This document shows positions 1 through 11,249 of a stretch of 64,000 nucleotides of DNA, in pieces (the first letter of the stretch is position 1; the number at the start of each line of letters is the position of its first letter). Source of the stretch: Vulcanimicrobiota bacterium (GTDB taxonomy: Bacteria; Vulcanimicrobiota; Vulcanimicrobiia; Vulcanimicrobiales; Vulcanimicrobiaceae). The DNA lies in NCBI GenBank assembly GCA_963695225.1, contig OY968762.1, positions 2,304,001-2,368,000 on the forward strand, given 5' to 3'. The notes below the pieces were generated by a model. The model was not told the origin of the DNA. It made no database searches and worked only from the letters and a program-made list of their open reading frames with translations. A program made the translations under genes and the position numbers.

Positions 1-2025
1 GCCGGTTTCTACCCGGGCCGCTCGGCTTTCGAGATTGCGGACGGGATTGGAACGAAGTACCAATCGTTCGACGTGCAGATCCTGCGGGCGACGCCGGATC
101 TCAAGTGGCGCTACGCCTTCGCGAGCAATCTGTCGAGCGAGTATTTCAAGTATGGCGACGGGCACACGTTCTACCCGGCCGAAGCCGCGACGTACGGCCT
201 CTCGCTGCAGACGCGCGGCCAGTACTCGATTGCTGCGAACGCGCACTATCAAGCGACGCCGAAGGACGACGTCTCGCTGCTGACGCTGATCGGCCAGGCG
301 GCATACAATCAGTTCGGTTCGCCATTTGCCGGCCAAACGGTCGGACGGTTCGACGGAGCGACGACGGTGTACCCCGGCGAAACCGACCCGAACGCGCCGG
401 TGAACTACGCGGCCGGCGTCCGCGGCAGCTACGATGTCGTCAAAGCGCAGTGGCAGCACACCGGCGCGCACGTCTTCTCTCGGCTGCAACTCTATCAATC
501 CCGCACCGGGTCCTCGGCGGGCGGACCGTTTTGGGACGAGAACGGCTTTCCGGACGGCTCGATCTCGCTGTTCCAGACGTCCCGGCAGCAGCAGTACGGC
601 GTCAATCTGGACAACGACGCGGTGTTCGGCCGTCACCGCGTGCGCTTCGGCGCGGAGTATCGAACGAATACCTCGTACCTCGACCAGGTCGTCCCGACCG
701 CGGACGAGACCATAACGTCTCATCCGACGATCGGTTCGTATCTGGCGTATGCCGGCGACACCTGGTCCGTCACGGATCGGCTCGAACTCTCGGGGGCCGC
801 TCGCGCGACGCACGCGACGTTCAAGCCCAGCGCCGGCACGGCATACGATCTCGGAGCGATCGATCCCCATTTCGGCGCTTCGTATCGTCTCGGGACGAAG
901 TACGCGTTGCGGTTCAACTTCGACCGCATCGCGGTAGCGCCCGCACCGCTGGAAGTCGACCGCGTGGATTCAGCGAACGTCGATTCCGGCGGGAATCCGG
1001 CGCCGTTTGTGCCGCTTGCCGCGGAGACGGCCGACGACTTCACCTATTCGTTCGAAGGCGGCGGGCGCACGCAATTCCGCGTGACGTACTTTCAGAAGCT
1101 CGAAAGCAACCTGATCGACGTCCTCCCGTTCAACTTCCGTTCGGCGGTTTCGGCGGGCGTCAACCCCGGCGGCGTCGGCGTGCCGACGAACGTCGGGAAG
1201 CTCCGCGCGAGCGGCCTCGAGGTGTATCTGAAGAACGGCGGATTCTCGTTGAACGCGAGTCTGAACCGCGCGTCTTCCTCGAGCGCGTCGCAATACGCCT
1301 ACAACGGCTTGAACGCACCGGCGATCGTTGCCGGCCACCTCTTTCCGGCGAGCTACCTGCCGGATTTCACGGCCGAGCTTGCCTACGAGTTCGTCACCGC
1401 GTCCAGACGCGTGCGCATCACGCCGTCGCTCTCGTACTCGACCGGCTACCCGTACGGCAACGGAAAGATGGCTTGGATCTTCGACCCGGTGACGGGCAAG
1501 CCGATTCAGGTTCCCAACGACAACTACGTCAATCCGGGCGCCAACTACTACTTCCTCGCGAATCCATCGCAGCCGTACGACGCGGCGACGAATCCCTACA
1601 TCGGGAACCTGGGCACGAACGAGGGGAACGATCCGAATACGCTGCGCTCGACGCCGCAGCTCACCGTCAACCTGCACGTCGAAGCCGACCTTGCGCCGCG
1701 GCTCACGGCGATTCTCGACGTTGCGAACCTCTTGGGCAACTCCGCGCCGACGGCGTACCAGAACAATCCGTATCTGATCGGGCCGCCCGGATATACCGGC
1801 GGGAGCGCGGCGTACGCAGCATGCTACGGCCAAATCCTCGCGGGCACGGCGCCGTGCGCACCCGCCTTGCCCGCCGGAACGACGCCGTATTCGCTCGGCA
1901 ACGGGGTCCCGACGAACGACGGCGTCACGCAATCCGTGCCGTGGACGTACGGCACGGCCGCATATATCCCGCAGAGCTATCCGCTGGCCCGCACGCTGCA
2001 GCTCCGCTTGAGGTACCGCATCTAA
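1..2025 (+). CDS. TonB-dependent outer-membrane receptor, 5'-partial (beta-barrel region)
   Basis: Frame is open from base 1. Alternating aromatic/hydrophobic beta-strand pattern, 'IDPHFGASYRL', 'LDVANLLG' and a terminal strand 'RTLQLRLRYRI*'. Confidence 0.8.
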   Translation, partial: AGFYPGRSAFEIADGIGTKYQSFDVQILRATPDLKWRYAFASNLSSEYFKYGDGHTFYPAEAATYGLSLQTRGQYSIAANAHYQATPKDDVSLLTLIGQAAYNQFGSPFAGQTVGRFDGATTVYPGETDPNAPVNYAAGVRGSYDVVKAQWQHTGAHVFSRLQLYQSRTGSSAGGPFWDENGFPDGSISLFQTSRQQQYGVNLDNDAVFGRHRVRFGAEYRTNTSYLDQVVPTADETITSHPTIGSYLAYAGDTWSVTDRLELSGAARATHATFKPSAGTAYDLGAIDPHFGASYRLGTKYALRFNFDRIAVAPAPLEVDRVDSANVDSGGNPAPFVPLAAETADDFTYSFEGGGRTQFRVTYFQKLESNLIDVLPFNFRSAVSAGVNPGGVGVPTNVGKLRASGLEVYLKNGGFSLNASLNRASSSSASQYAYNGLNAPAIVAGHLFPASYLPDFTAELAYEFVTASRRVRITPSLSYSTGYPYGNGKMAWIFDPVTGKPIQVPNDNYVNPGANYYFLANPSQPYDAATNPYIGNLGTNEGNDPNTLRSTPQLTVNLHVEADLAPRLTAILDVANLLGNSAPTAYQNNPYLIGPPGYTGGSAAYAACYGQILAGTAPCAPALPAGTTPYSLGNGVPTNDGVTQSVPWTYGTAAYIPQSYPLARTLQLRLRYRI

Positions 2026-2053
2026 GGCGCCCGCCGGCGGTTTGCTTCGCCCT

Positions 2054-3592
2054 TCACACGAGCGGCAGCACGTTGCCCCGCTCGAAGGGCGAAACGCGCG
2101 AGATTTCGGCGAACGCCTCCGCGAGCGTCTCGGGGAGGTCTCCTGCGATCACGCCGACCGGGCGGCGCGCCGCGGCGAGCCTTCCCGCAAGCCCGTGCCA
2201 ATAGGCGCCCAGGCGAGCGGCATCGACCGGCGCGAGGCCCTGCGCGAGCAGCGTCGCGATGATTCCCGTCAAGACGTCGCCGCTTCCGGCGGTCGCGAGC
2301 GCGGGCGAACCGCTCGGATTGACGTGCAGCGTCGCGCCGTCGTCGATCTCGGTGGCGGGACCCTTGAGGAGCGTCGCGATCCCCGTGCGCGAAACGAAAG
2401 CGCGAAGGCGCGCGACGCGCGTTCCCGCGGTGACGGAGCCTTCGCCGGAGAGCCGTGCGAATTCGCGTTCGTGCGGCGTCACGATGCAGCGTTTCCCGCG
2501 CAGCAGATCGAGATGTTTCGCCAGATGGTAGAGCGCGCTCGCGTCGGCGACGAACGGCAGCTCGAGCCGCGCGATGAAGCCGCGCACGATCTCGCCGGTG
2601 CGCTCGTCGAGGCTGAGGCCCGGGCCGATTGCGACGGAGGAGGCGTGATTCGTCAGATCGAGCAGCGCCTCGACGGCGCCCGCGACGTCGGCTTCGTCCC
2701 ACGCGACGACGACCTGTTCGATCAGGTGCGCGCGCAGCAACGGCGCGGCCGGCGCCGGAGTCGCGACGGTGACGTACCCGGCTCCGGCGCGCGCTGCGCC
2801 GCGCGCGCAGAGCACGGCCGCGCCCGGGAACTGCGTCGAGCCGGCTAGCACGAGCGGCGCTCCGGCCGAGCGTTTGTCCGCACCGGATTTGCGTGCCGGA
2901 AAGAGCGCGCGCGCCGCGCGGCGGTCGAGCGTGCGAACGAGCGCTCCCGGAACGGCCTCGCACTCGCAAGCGATTCCTATATCGCCGACGAGCAGCGCGC
3001 CGGCGATCGAACGGGCGGGCTCGAGGAGCAGGCCGAGTTTCGGGGCGGCGAGCGCGATCGTCGCGTTCGCGCGTACGACCGTCGCCGCGACCGCGCCCGT
3101 CGTCGCGTCGACGCCGGTCGGCAGATCAACGGCGAGCACCGGGAGCGCGAAATCGTTCAAGGCTTCGATTGCGGGCGTGAAGACGGCGCCGGGTTCGAAG
3201 CGCGCCCCCGTCCCGAGCATCGCGTCGAGCGCGAGATCCGCGCCCGCGAGCGCGGCGCGCGCCTCGTCGAGCGTTCGCGGAAACGGTGCGGCGCGGACGC
3301 CCGCCGCCGCCGCGCGGACCTCGGCATCGCGCCGCGCCTCGCTCGCCGGTCTCGCGGGGAGCGCGTGGACGGTCCGTTCGATCTCGCTTCCGAGTTCCGC
3401 GAACGCGGCGAATGCGTCGCCGCCGTTGTTCCCCGGCCCTGCGAACGCGACGACGCGTCGCGCGCGCGGCGCCAGCGCGCGGATCGTTTCCGCGATCGCG
3501 AGGCCGGCGGAGCGCATCAGCGCGACCTCGCCCAGCCGCTCGCAGCCGCGCGCGTCCGCCTCGCGCATCTGTGCGGCATCGAGGACGCGCAT
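2054..3592 (-). CDS. nnr: Bifunctional NAD(P)H-hydrate epimerase/dehydratase (YjeF)
   Basis: GPGNNGGD, DAMLGTG, AVDLPTG, TPHEREFARL and LATAGSGDVLTG motifs. ATG at 3592 overlaps the acpS stop. Confidence 0.93.
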   Translation of the reverse strand: MRVLDAAQMREADARGCERLGEVALMRSAGLAIAETIRALAPRARRVVAFAGPGNNGGDAFAAFAELGSEIERTVHALPARPASEARRDAEVRAAAAGVRAAPFPRTLDEARAALAGADLALDAMLGTGARFEPGAVFTPAIEALNDFALPVLAVDLPTGVDATTGAVAATVVRANATIALAAPKLGLLLEPARSIAGALLVGDIGIACECEAVPGALVRTLDRRAARALFPARKSGADKRSAGAPLVLAGSTQFPGAAVLCARGAARAGAGYVTVATPAPAAPLLRAHLIEQVVVAWDEADVAGAVEALLDLTNHASSVAIGPGLSLDERTGEIVRGFIARLELPFVADASALYHLAKHLDLLRGKRCIVTPHEREFARLSGEGSVTAGTRVARLRAFVSRTGIATLLKGPATEIDDGATLHVNPSGSPALATAGSGDVLTGIIATLLAQGLAPVDAARLGAYWHGLAGRLAAARRPVGVIAGDLPETLAEAFAEISRVSPFERGNVLPLV

Positions 3593-3960
3593 CAGCCGTT
3601 GCGTTCCAGGACGACGACGGCCGCAGCCGTCTCGGCGGTGTGCGTGATCGTGAGATGGATCGCGTCGACGCGGGCCCGCTCGGGGAGGGCGCTCGCGCGC
3701 CCGTAGAAGCGCAGCACGGGCTTTCCGCTCGATTCGTGCGAGACGCCGACCTGACGCCACGGAATCGCGAAGCCGAACGCCTTGCGCGCGGCCTCCTTCG
3801 CAGCGAAGAATCCGGCTAGGCGTTCGGGCCAATTGCGCTTGCGCAGCGCGTACGCCATCTCTTCCTCGGTGTATACCTTGCGCGCGAACCGCTCGAGCCG
3901 GACCGCATCGAATCGATAGCGCTCGACTTGGGCTAGGTCGATCCCGATGCCGACGATCAT
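3592..3960 (-). CDS. acpS: Holo-[acyl-carrier-protein] synthase
   Basis: MIVGIGIDL...FAAKEA..KA...SGKP...LTITH motifs. Confidence 0.93.
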   Translation of the reverse strand: MIVGIGIDLAQVERYRFDAVRLERFARKVYTEEEMAYALRKRNWPERLAGFFAAKEAARKAFGFAIPWRQVGVSHESSGKPVLRFYGRASALPERARVDAIHLTITHTAETAAAVVVLERNG

Positions 3961-4056
3961 GCGTGCACGTTCGCGACGGATCGGGTGCAATGCTGCACGA
4001 GGGGTTGAGGGGGCGCGGCGCTAACGTTGGGATCAATTCCTCGCACGTTTGCGATA

Positions 4057-4605
4057 ATGGGTGACTCCGTGGGTCGAATCGGCATTGTCCCGGTCAACGC
4101 GATCGACGCCTCCCTCCTCACGCGCCTAGCGCTGTGTCTCGAGGAGCGTTTTTTGCTGTCATGCAGCGTCGAGCGGACGTTGCGCGTCCCCGTGACGAGC
4201 CTGAACAGCGTGCGGAGACAACTTTTTCTTAATACTCTGATCGCGCGAGCGGCGGCGATGGATCTGCCGTACGAAGGTTTCCGCCTCGTGGTGACCGATT
4301 ACGACCTCTACAAGATCTCGCACCAGTTCGTCTTCGGCGAAGGGAGCGAGGAGCACGCGACCGCGATCGTCTCGCTGCATCGGATGCGGACGGAGTTCTA
4401 CCGGGAAGAGCCCGACGAGAACATGCTCTTCCAACGGCTGCTCAAGGAATCGGTCCACAACTTGGGGCACGCGATGGGCCTGCGCCACTGCCAGCAGGCG
4501 CGCTGCGCGATGGTCGTTTCGAATTCGATCTTCGACACGGACAACAAGCACCCGCACCTCTGCGAATCCTGCGAGCGGCGCGTCCGCAAGCCGATGCTCG
4601 GCTGA
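4057..4605 (+). CDS. Archaemetzincin-family zinc protein (HEXXH altered to HNLGH)
   Basis: 'KESVHNLGHAMGLRHCQQARCAM..SNS...TDNK...LCESC' matches the archaemetzincin pattern with the Cys4 zinc finger. Start codon uncertain. Confidence 0.85.
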   Translation: MGDSVGRIGIVPVNAIDASLLTRLALCLEERFLLSCSVERTLRVPVTSLNSVRRQLFLNTLIARAAAMDLPYEGFRLVVTDYDLYKISHQFVFGEGSEEHATAIVSLHRMRTEFYREEPDENMLFQRLLKESVHNLGHAMGLRHCQQARCAMVVSNSIFDTDNKHPHLCESCERRVRKPMLG

Positions 4606-4630
4606 GGCCGACCCGGGGAAACGTACGGCG

Positions 4631-5431
4631 CTAGCGCAGCACGCGCGCGTCGGCGAGCCCGACCCGCTCTTCCCGCCCGCCGCGTTCCACGATCAGGCTG
4701 CCGTCGTCCGCGATGCGGAGCGCCCTCGCCGCGAATGGTACGCTCTCGCCGTCCCGGAGGATTCGATACGCCGTTCCGAGCAAACCGGCGCGCGTCTCCC
4801 AACGCCTGGCGATGCCGGAGGGATCGGCGAGCCAATGCCATTGGGCTTCGTAGCTTTGCGCGAGCGCGACGAGGAGCGCTTCGCGCCGGATGCCGCTCGC
4901 GCGATCGGAGAGGAACGCGGGCTCGGGTTCGAGCTCTCGCATCGCCGCATCCGCTTCCGCCGGCCGCCGGACGTTGAGGCCGACGCCGCAAGCGACGTAC
5001 GCGCGGCTTCCCTGCACGCGGCTCTGCGCGAGGATTCCGCAGCACTTGCGGGCGTCGAGCAGCAGATCGTTCGGCCATTGGAGCGCGAGCCGCACGCCCG
5101 CCGTCCGCTCGACCGCGTCCGTTACCGCCAGCGCGCACCAAAACGGTACCGCCCATAAGGCCGCGGCGGCGATCGCTTCGGGGAGCACCGTCGTGCAGAG
5201 CAGCGACGAGCCCGCCGGCGCGAGCCACGCGCGCGCGTGCCGGCCGCGTCCGCGCCTCTGATAATCGACCGCGAGGATGCGGCCGGCGGCGGAGGGCTCG
5301 CCGAGAAGGGCCGCGGCGTCGTCGTTCGTGCTCTCCGTCGAAGCGCGCCAATCGAGGCGAAAGCGAGTTTCGCGCAGCGCGAGCGCGACTTCGGCGGCGT
5401 CGAACTCCGACCAGGCTTCCTTCGCGCTCAT
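4631..5431 (-). CDS. birA: Biotin-[acetyl-CoA-carboxylase] ligase
   Basis: STNDD, QRRGRGR...W, WPNDL...RKCCGIL and GVGLNV motifs. No N-terminal HTH. Confidence 0.9.
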   Translation of the reverse strand: MSAKEAWSEFDAAEVALALRETRFRLDWRASTESTNDDAAALLGEPSAAGRILAVDYQRRGRGRHARAWLAPAGSSLLCTTVLPEAIAAAALWAVPFWCALAVTDAVERTAGVRLALQWPNDLLLDARKCCGILAQSRVQGSRAYVACGVGLNVRRPAEADAAMRELEPEPAFLSDRASGIRREALLVALAQSYEAQWHWLADPSGIARRWETRAGLLGTAYRILRDGESVPFAARALRIADDGSLIVERGGREERVGLADARVLR

Positions 5432-5449
5432 ACCGTACTACGCGGCGTC

Positions 5450-5908
5450 ATGGCTATAGAACAAACGCTCATCCTCTGCAAGGCCGACGCGGTCGCTCGC
5501 GGACTCGTCGGCGAAGTCCTCGCCCGCTTCGAACGCCGCGGCTACACGATCGCGGCGATGAAACTCCTGCGCTGCGACGAAGCGCGCGCTCGGCGTCATT
5601 ACGCGGAGCACGAAGGGAAACCGTTTTTTGCAGGCCTCGTCGAGTACATCACGAGCGCGCCGATCGTCGCGCTGGTCGTCGAAGGCTCGGATGCGGTCGA
5701 AGGTTGCCGCGCGTCCATCGGTGCGACGAATCCGATCAAGGCCGTTCCCGGGTCGATCCGCGGCGACTACGGGCAAACGATCGGGCGGAATCTCGTGCAC
5801 GGCAGCGATTCCGCCGAGAGCGCGAAGCGCGAGATCGCGATCTGGTTCGAGCCCTCCGAGATCCACGCGCGCGCGTCCGATCTCGAAAAGTGGCTCGTCG
5901 ACGTCTGA
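5450..5908 (+). CDS. ndk: Nucleoside diphosphate kinase
   Basis: EQTLILCKAD, HYAEHEGKPFF, GATNP, PGSIRGD and NLVHGSDS motifs. Confidence 0.97.
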   Translation: MAIEQTLILCKADAVARGLVGEVLARFERRGYTIAAMKLLRCDEARARRHYAEHEGKPFFAGLVEYITSAPIVALVVEGSDAVEGCRASIGATNPIKAVPGSIRGDYGQTIGRNLVHGSDSAESAKREIAIWFEPSEIHARASDLEKWLVDV

Positions 5909-5938
5909 TCCCGGCCGAACTGCCGTCCTCCCGAACAT

Positions 5939-5975
5939 AACGAAGCCTCGCTCCGTGCGCGAGGCTTCGTTTTTT
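5939..5975 (+). terminator. Intrinsic terminator after ndk
   Basis: Stem AACGAAGCCTCGC / GCGAGGCTTCGTT followed by a T run, between convergent genes. Confidence 0.8.
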
Positions 5976-5991
5976 CCTGGGATCCGCGGCG

Positions 5992-7772
<1,781 letters not shown>

Positions 7773-7900
7773 GCGGAAACCCTCCGCCGCGACGGCGCGG
7801 CGCTCTGCGACGAGCCGGCCGTCTCACCCCGGTCTTCGGCTCGGCGCCGGCATCGAGCCGACAAGGAATAGCGGGGGCGGGTCCCATACTAGAGACGGCC

Positions 7901-7972
7901 GGGCCCGTAGCTCAGCGGTAGAGCGGCCGGCTCATAACTGGTTGCGCGCTGGTTCGAATCCAGCCGGGCCCA
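7901..7972 (+). tRNA. tRNA with CAT anticodon (probably Ile2; Met not excluded)
   Basis: GGGCCCG acceptor stem, TAGCTCAG D arm, anticodon loop CT-CAT-AA, GGTTCGAATCC T arm. No encoded CCA. Confidence 0.88.
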
Positions 7973-7975
7973 CGC

Positions 7976-8050
7976 GGCGCCATAGTCTATCGGTTAGGAC
8001 GCGGCCCTTTCAAGGCTGAGAGACGGGTTCGACTCCCGTTGGCGCTACCA
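7976..8050 (+). tRNA. tRNA-Glu(TTC)
   Basis: GGCGCCA...TGGCGCT acceptor stem, loop CT-TTC-AA, GGTTCGACTCC T arm and 3' ACCA. Confidence 0.95.
8023..8050 (+). repeat. attL core (3' end of tRNA-Glu)
   Basis: Identical to 29030-29057. Confidence 0.93.
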
Positions 8051-8052
8051 TG

Positions 8053-8078
8053 AAAACCCTGTAACGACGGGGTTTTTT
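8053..8078 (+). terminator. Probable terminator after the tRNA pair
   Basis: AAAACCCTGT / ACGGGGTTTT stem followed by T residues. Confidence 0.55.
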
Positions 8079-8094
8079 CGTTGCTGACGGCGGC

Positions 8095-8117
8095 GCGTGG
8101 CACCGCTGTGGCACGGA
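8095..8117. repeat. Putative integrase arm-type sites, left
   Basis: GCGTGGCACCGCTGTGGCACGGA contains two GTGGCAC direct repeats and is 22/23 identical to 28895-28917. Confidence 0.6.
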
Positions 8118-8164
8118 GCCGGGAGAACGGGGGCGCTCGACGCCGTTCGGTGAAGCCCGGAGGC

Positions 8165-8395
8165 ATGACCGCGAACTTTCAGGTGATCGTCGAGCCCGGG
8201 GATGGCGTCTTCGTGACCTACGTCCCGGCGCTCGATTTCGCGTCAACGTTCGGCCCGACGCGCGAGGTTGCGCTCGCCCGGACTCGCGAGCTCATCGTCG
8301 GTTATCTCGAGGCCGCCCGCAAAGAGGGCATCCCGGTCGACGTTCCCGCCGCCGAGCAGCGCAGCGAACTCGTCGACTTGTCCGTTTCGGCGTAA
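8165..8395 (+). CDS. hicB: HicB-family antitoxin
   Basis: 'FQVIVEPGDGVFVTYVPAL...STFGPTREVAL...ELIVGYLE...EGIPV' pattern with a GGAGG RBS. Confidence 0.85.
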   Translation: MTANFQVIVEPGDGVFVTYVPALDFASTFGPTREVALARTRELIVGYLEAARKEGIPVDVPAAEQRSELVDLSVSA

Positions 8396-8399
8396 GCCG

Positions 8400-8495
8400 T
8401 CAGAACAGGGCGATGAACTCTTCGACGGTGAGTTCCGCTAGCCGCAGGATCGACTTCAGCGTACCCGGCGGAATCGTCTCGCCGGCGTGAACGGG
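8400..8495 (-). pseudogene. HicA toxin C-terminal remnant
   Basis: Manual translation gives PVHAGETIPPGTLKSILRLAELTVEEFIALF*, a typical HicA C-terminus. It is preceded in frame by a stop, so the N-terminal half is missing. Confidence 0.8.
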
Positions 8496-8784
8496 TCAGC
8501 GCTCGGTCAAAGAAGGCGAGGAGCTCAGCCGGCGGCGCGCAGAGACCGATGTCGAGATCGCGTGTCGCGCGTGCGAGCAGCCCGAGCCGCAGCTCGATGG
8601 CAACGCCGCCCTTCACGAAAAAGATCGGTATGATGCCCTGGGCGACGGCTTCGGCGAGCGTTTCGCATACCACGGTAAATCCGACGCGCCGGCGAAGACG
8701 GGCCGCGGTTGTGCCGCGATCGCGAGCGGTCTTCGTGATTCGTCGCTCGAGTTCACGGAGTCGCGCGGTGGCGCTAGCTGCCAT
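8496..8784 (-). pseudogene. Truncated AbiEii-like nucleotidyltransferase toxin (N-terminal ~97 aa)
   Basis: 'FFVKGGVAIELRL...RATRDLD' NTase motifs. The similarity ends at ~8496, where the sequence switches to the hicA remnant. Confidence 0.8.
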
Positions 8785-9358
8785 CGTGCGATTCCAGGAT
8801 CAAGCTTCCGAACTGGTCAACGAGCCGGTGCAGCTCGTCTTCGCGTAGGAGGCGCTTCTGTCGTGCTTCGCTCACCGCACGATGGACGATATCGATGCCG
8901 TGTGCGGGTGCGATGTCTTCGATTGCCCGGGCGACGCTCACGATCGGAACTCCGCGTTCCCAGGTACGATCGGCCGGGGCGATGTGCGCAAAATGAAGCC
9001 GAAGCCAAGACGGCAGCTTTCGTGAGATGCGCGTCTTGGGCGGCAGTGTCACGTGTACGACACCGGGGTTGAGTTGCGTCAGTCCGTAGAGCTCGAGGGC
9101 TGAGTCATGCGATACCAGCGCGTACTCGAGATCGCGATGCACGTGCGGCCATAGGACCGCCTCATGGTACTGTTGGAGGTCCGTTGAGGGCCAAGTTGGG
9201 AAGCGGTACAGCCCCTGGGCCACTCGCGTGAGCCGGCCGCGTCGGGCGAGCTGGACCACGAGAATCCGGGGCACGCCGGCCTCTTGGGCCGCCTTTGCCG
9301 TGAAGAAGCCCCCTTGTTCGGCCGCCACCTCTCTGAGAGTATCCTCGATCTTGGCCAT
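8774..9358 (-). CDS. AbiEi-family type IV antitoxin
   Basis: 'AAEQGGFFTAKAA...GRLTRVAQGLYR' wHTH and 'VSHDSALELYGL' motifs. Overlaps the start of the abiEii fragment. Confidence 0.88.
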   Translation of the reverse strand: MAKIEDTLREVAAEQGGFFTAKAAQEAGVPRILVVQLARRGRLTRVAQGLYRFPTWPSTDLQQYHEAVLWPHVHRDLEYALVSHDSALELYGLTQLNPGVVHVTLPPKTRISRKLPSWLRLHFAHIAPADRTWERGVPIVSVARAIEDIAPAHGIDIVHRAVSEARQKRLLREDELHRLVDQFGSLILESHDGS

Positions 9359-9362
9359 GCAG

Positions 9363-9387
9363 ATAGTATAGCATTTTGCTATACTAT
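9363..9387. promoter_or_regulatory. Operator palindrome over the abiEi -10 box
   Basis: Perfect inverted repeat ATAGTATAGCA-TTT-TGCTATACTAT. A minus-strand TATACT lies 6 nt upstream of the ATG. Confidence 0.7.
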
Positions 9388-9563
9388 GCGTCTAGTTTGC
9401 CTTGCCTGGACTGAGGAGCGATCGCAAGTCCAACGAGTCCTCGAACACAGATCGGTCAAAATGCCGCTCGCGATCTGACGATGCTGGAAGGCGGCCGCCG
9501 TGACTCATCCTCCAACAATCCAGTGCTTTCCGTGTGGCGTTTTTATATAGTATAATGCCACAA

Positions 9564-10196
9564 ATGGCGGCTAAAACGGCGGCTGAGGCGGTCCGGCGGT
9601 ACGTCGGGCGACTCCAGCCAGGTACGGTCTTCACCCCTGCTGAGCTGGTTCACGAACGGCTCGGCTCGGAACGGGCCGTCCGCGAGACCCTCCGGCGGAT
9701 GGCCGCAGGCGGCTCGATTCGTCGCCTGTCCAAGGGCTACTATGACGTCCCGAAGACCAACCCGCGGATCGGCGTGCTCAGCCCAACCCCCGAGGCCATC
9801 ATTGCCGCGCACGCCAGAAAAACCGGCGCGACGATCGAGCGGCCTGAACTCGACGCAGCAAATAGGCTCGGGCTAACAACGCAGGTTCTTGCCCGGCCCG
9901 TTTATCGCACTAATCTGTTTCCGCGCGAGCTCAACATCGGCGGGCAGCGTATCCGGTTGCGCACGGCCGGCCCGCGCTCACTAGCCCGCGACGCCGATCC
10001 TGCGGAGCTCGTCATCGATGCGCTCCAAGCGATCGGCAAGCCGAATATCACCGAAGTCGAGATTGCGAAGCTTCGTGCGTTCGTTCGCGAGCATGACCTA
10101 GTAAAACGACTGAAGCAACGCATGGGCCGAGCCCCATCTTGGATGCTTCCCATGATCGACGAGATTCTCGCTGACGCGAAGAAGACCCATGGATAA
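9564..10196 (+). CDS. DUF6088-family (AbiEi-like) antitoxin
   Basis: 'GTVFTPAEL...AVRETLRRM...IRRLSKGYY..PK', 'AANRLGLTTQV', 'LVIDALQAIGK' and 'APSWM'. TATAAT at 9551 lies within a TGTGGC...GCCACA inverted repeat. Confidence 0.82.
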   Translation: MAAKTAAEAVRRYVGRLQPGTVFTPAELVHERLGSERAVRETLRRMAAGGSIRRLSKGYYDVPKTNPRIGVLSPTPEAIIAAHARKTGATIERPELDAANRLGLTTQVLARPVYRTNLFPRELNIGGQRIRLRTAGPRSLARDADPAELVIDALQAIGKPNITEVEIAKLRAFVREHDLVKRLKQRMGRAPSWMLPMIDEILADAKKTHG

Positions 10197-11200
10197 GTTT
10201 GCGCGGCTACCTGCGTCGGAGCGGAGCGAAATCATCCAAGAGCGGGCGAGCCAGATGGACGTAGACTTTACGATCATCGAAAAGGACTTCTGGGTTTGTT
10301 GGACGCTGAAGTCGCTATTTGCGCTTCCACCGGGAACTCCGGCGATGACGTTCAAGGGCGGAACGTCGCTCAAAGGCGTATGGACTCATCGACCGCTTTT
10401 CAGAAGATATCGACATTGTCGCCGATCCCGGGTTCTTCGTTGCGCAAGGGTGCCCAGATCCCGAAGGTCGGGGTATCAGCAACTCCCAGCGAGAGAAGCG
10501 CATGGAGCAGCTCGATGCAGCTTGCGTTACCTATATTGGTGGTCAGTTAACATCGATGCTGCGGTCACAGTTTGCAGCGCGCGTCAATTCCAGCGAGGCG
10601 TGGAGCATTACTCCCGATTTGGCTGATCCGAGTACGCTGATCTTTCACTACCCGAAGAGTGGCTCCGGGAAAGCATACGAGTACCTTCGAGATACCGTGA
10701 AAATCGAACTTGGCTGGCGTGCAAAAGCGGCTCCGTCAGAGCTCAGAGCGATCTCACCGTATTTGGCAGAAATACCGATGCTTCTCGATGAAACACAGGT
10801 AATCGCAAACGTGCTGGCCCCAGAACGTACTTTCTGGGAGAAAGTCACGGCGTTGCACGCCGAGAGCTTCCGCGAAGAACCGAAGCGATTCCTGTCGCGC
10901 CACTACTCGGACGTCGCTGCGATGCTCCGAACACAGATCGGTCAAGATGCGGCTCGCGATCTTGCGATGCTGGAAGACGTCCGAGCTTTCAAGGACATCT
11001 ACTATCGCGCGAAGTGGGCACGCTACGACCTCGCCAAGCCCGGTTCACTCGTGGTTGTTCCCAATGAGGAGCGACAGCGAGAGCTAGCGATCGACTATCG
11101 AAACATGCGGCAGATGTTTCTTCATGATCCGCCAGCTTTCGATGCGATAATCGCTGAGCTTCTTGCGTTCGAGCGGGCAGTGAACATAGGGCATACGTGA
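10189..11200 (+). pseudogene. AbiEii-family nucleotidyltransferase toxin, frameshifted
   Basis: 'IEKDFWVCWTL...FKGGTSL' continues in another frame as 'KAYGLIDRFSEDID...ERTFWEK...SRHYSD'. This is consistent with loss of 2 nt at ~10368-10372. Confidence 0.88.
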
Positions 11201-11249
11201 TTAGATGGCGCGTGGAGGAGCCACCCCTTTACTAGCCGAGAGAACGGGT

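Noticed and set aside
8302..8784. 160-aa intact ORF
   Set aside because: It is a chimera of an AbiEii N-terminus and out-of-frame hicA / antisense hicB sequence.
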